64,000 bases of DNA from Anaeramoeba ignava BMAN (Eukaryota > Protista > Anaeramoebae), in assembly GCA_028826165.1 (NCBI GenBank), contig JAPDFW010000053.1:558001-622000 (forward strand), given 5' to 3'. The position numbers were made by a program, and so were the translations under genes. The notes under the pieces are model-generated. The model worked only from the letters and a program-made list of their open reading frames with translations. It was not told where the DNA came from and did not search any database. Position 1 is the stretch's first letter, and each line of letters starts with the position of its first letter. This document shows, piece by piece, positions 63,845 through 64,000 of this stretch.

Positions 63845-64000
63845 ATGAATAAAATTTATGAAATAATAAAAGAAAATAAAATTGAAAAAATAAAAGAAAT
63901 AATAAACCAAAATTATAAAAGAAATTAAAAAAAAAGAAAAAAATAAAATAATAAAATATTCAATAAAACAAAAATTAAATAAAGAAATAATTGAATATTT
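63845..64000 (+). CDS. Start of a fourth B-type ankyrin-BTB paralog (3'-partial)
   Basis: MNKIYEIIKENKIEKIKEIINQ.. matches B1-B3 and follows the same spacer. Confidence 0.85.

Overview
A very AT-rich (roughly 20% GC by eye), gene-dense eukaryotic nuclear window with the standard genetic code, GT-AG spliceosomal introns and very short intergenic spacers. The style suggests an anaerobic protist such as a metamonad or Anaeramoeba-like amoeba, but that is inference only. Contents in order: a 5'-partial SERAC1-like alpha/beta hydrolase; five tandem ankyrin-repeat + double-BTB genes (1594-17552); a DBP2/DDX5-type DEAD-box helicase with WG-rich and FRG-rich repeat tails; a CCAR1/DBC1-family gene; four tandem 3-exon AIG1/ADTRP/rolling-stone-like membrane proteins; a FAB1/PIKfyve-type kinase; a protein with 4 SH3-like domains and a long 15-residue repeat; a 9-exon WD40-BTB gene that the ORF track mostly misses; a divergent macro-domain gene; a PAP2/DOLPP1-like phosphatase; and a second ankyrin-BTB array (51716 to the end). 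The most interesting signal is a modular 'variable repeat binder + conserved BTB-BTB tail' family. Its ankyrin versions vary mainly at DARPin-type binding positions and look mosaic between paralogs. Its WD40 version puts each of seven WD repeats on its own phase-0 exon. Many 1-2 nt frameshifts in the repetitive genes are probably consensus errors. I saw no rRNA, tRNA, CRISPR array or recognisable transposon.
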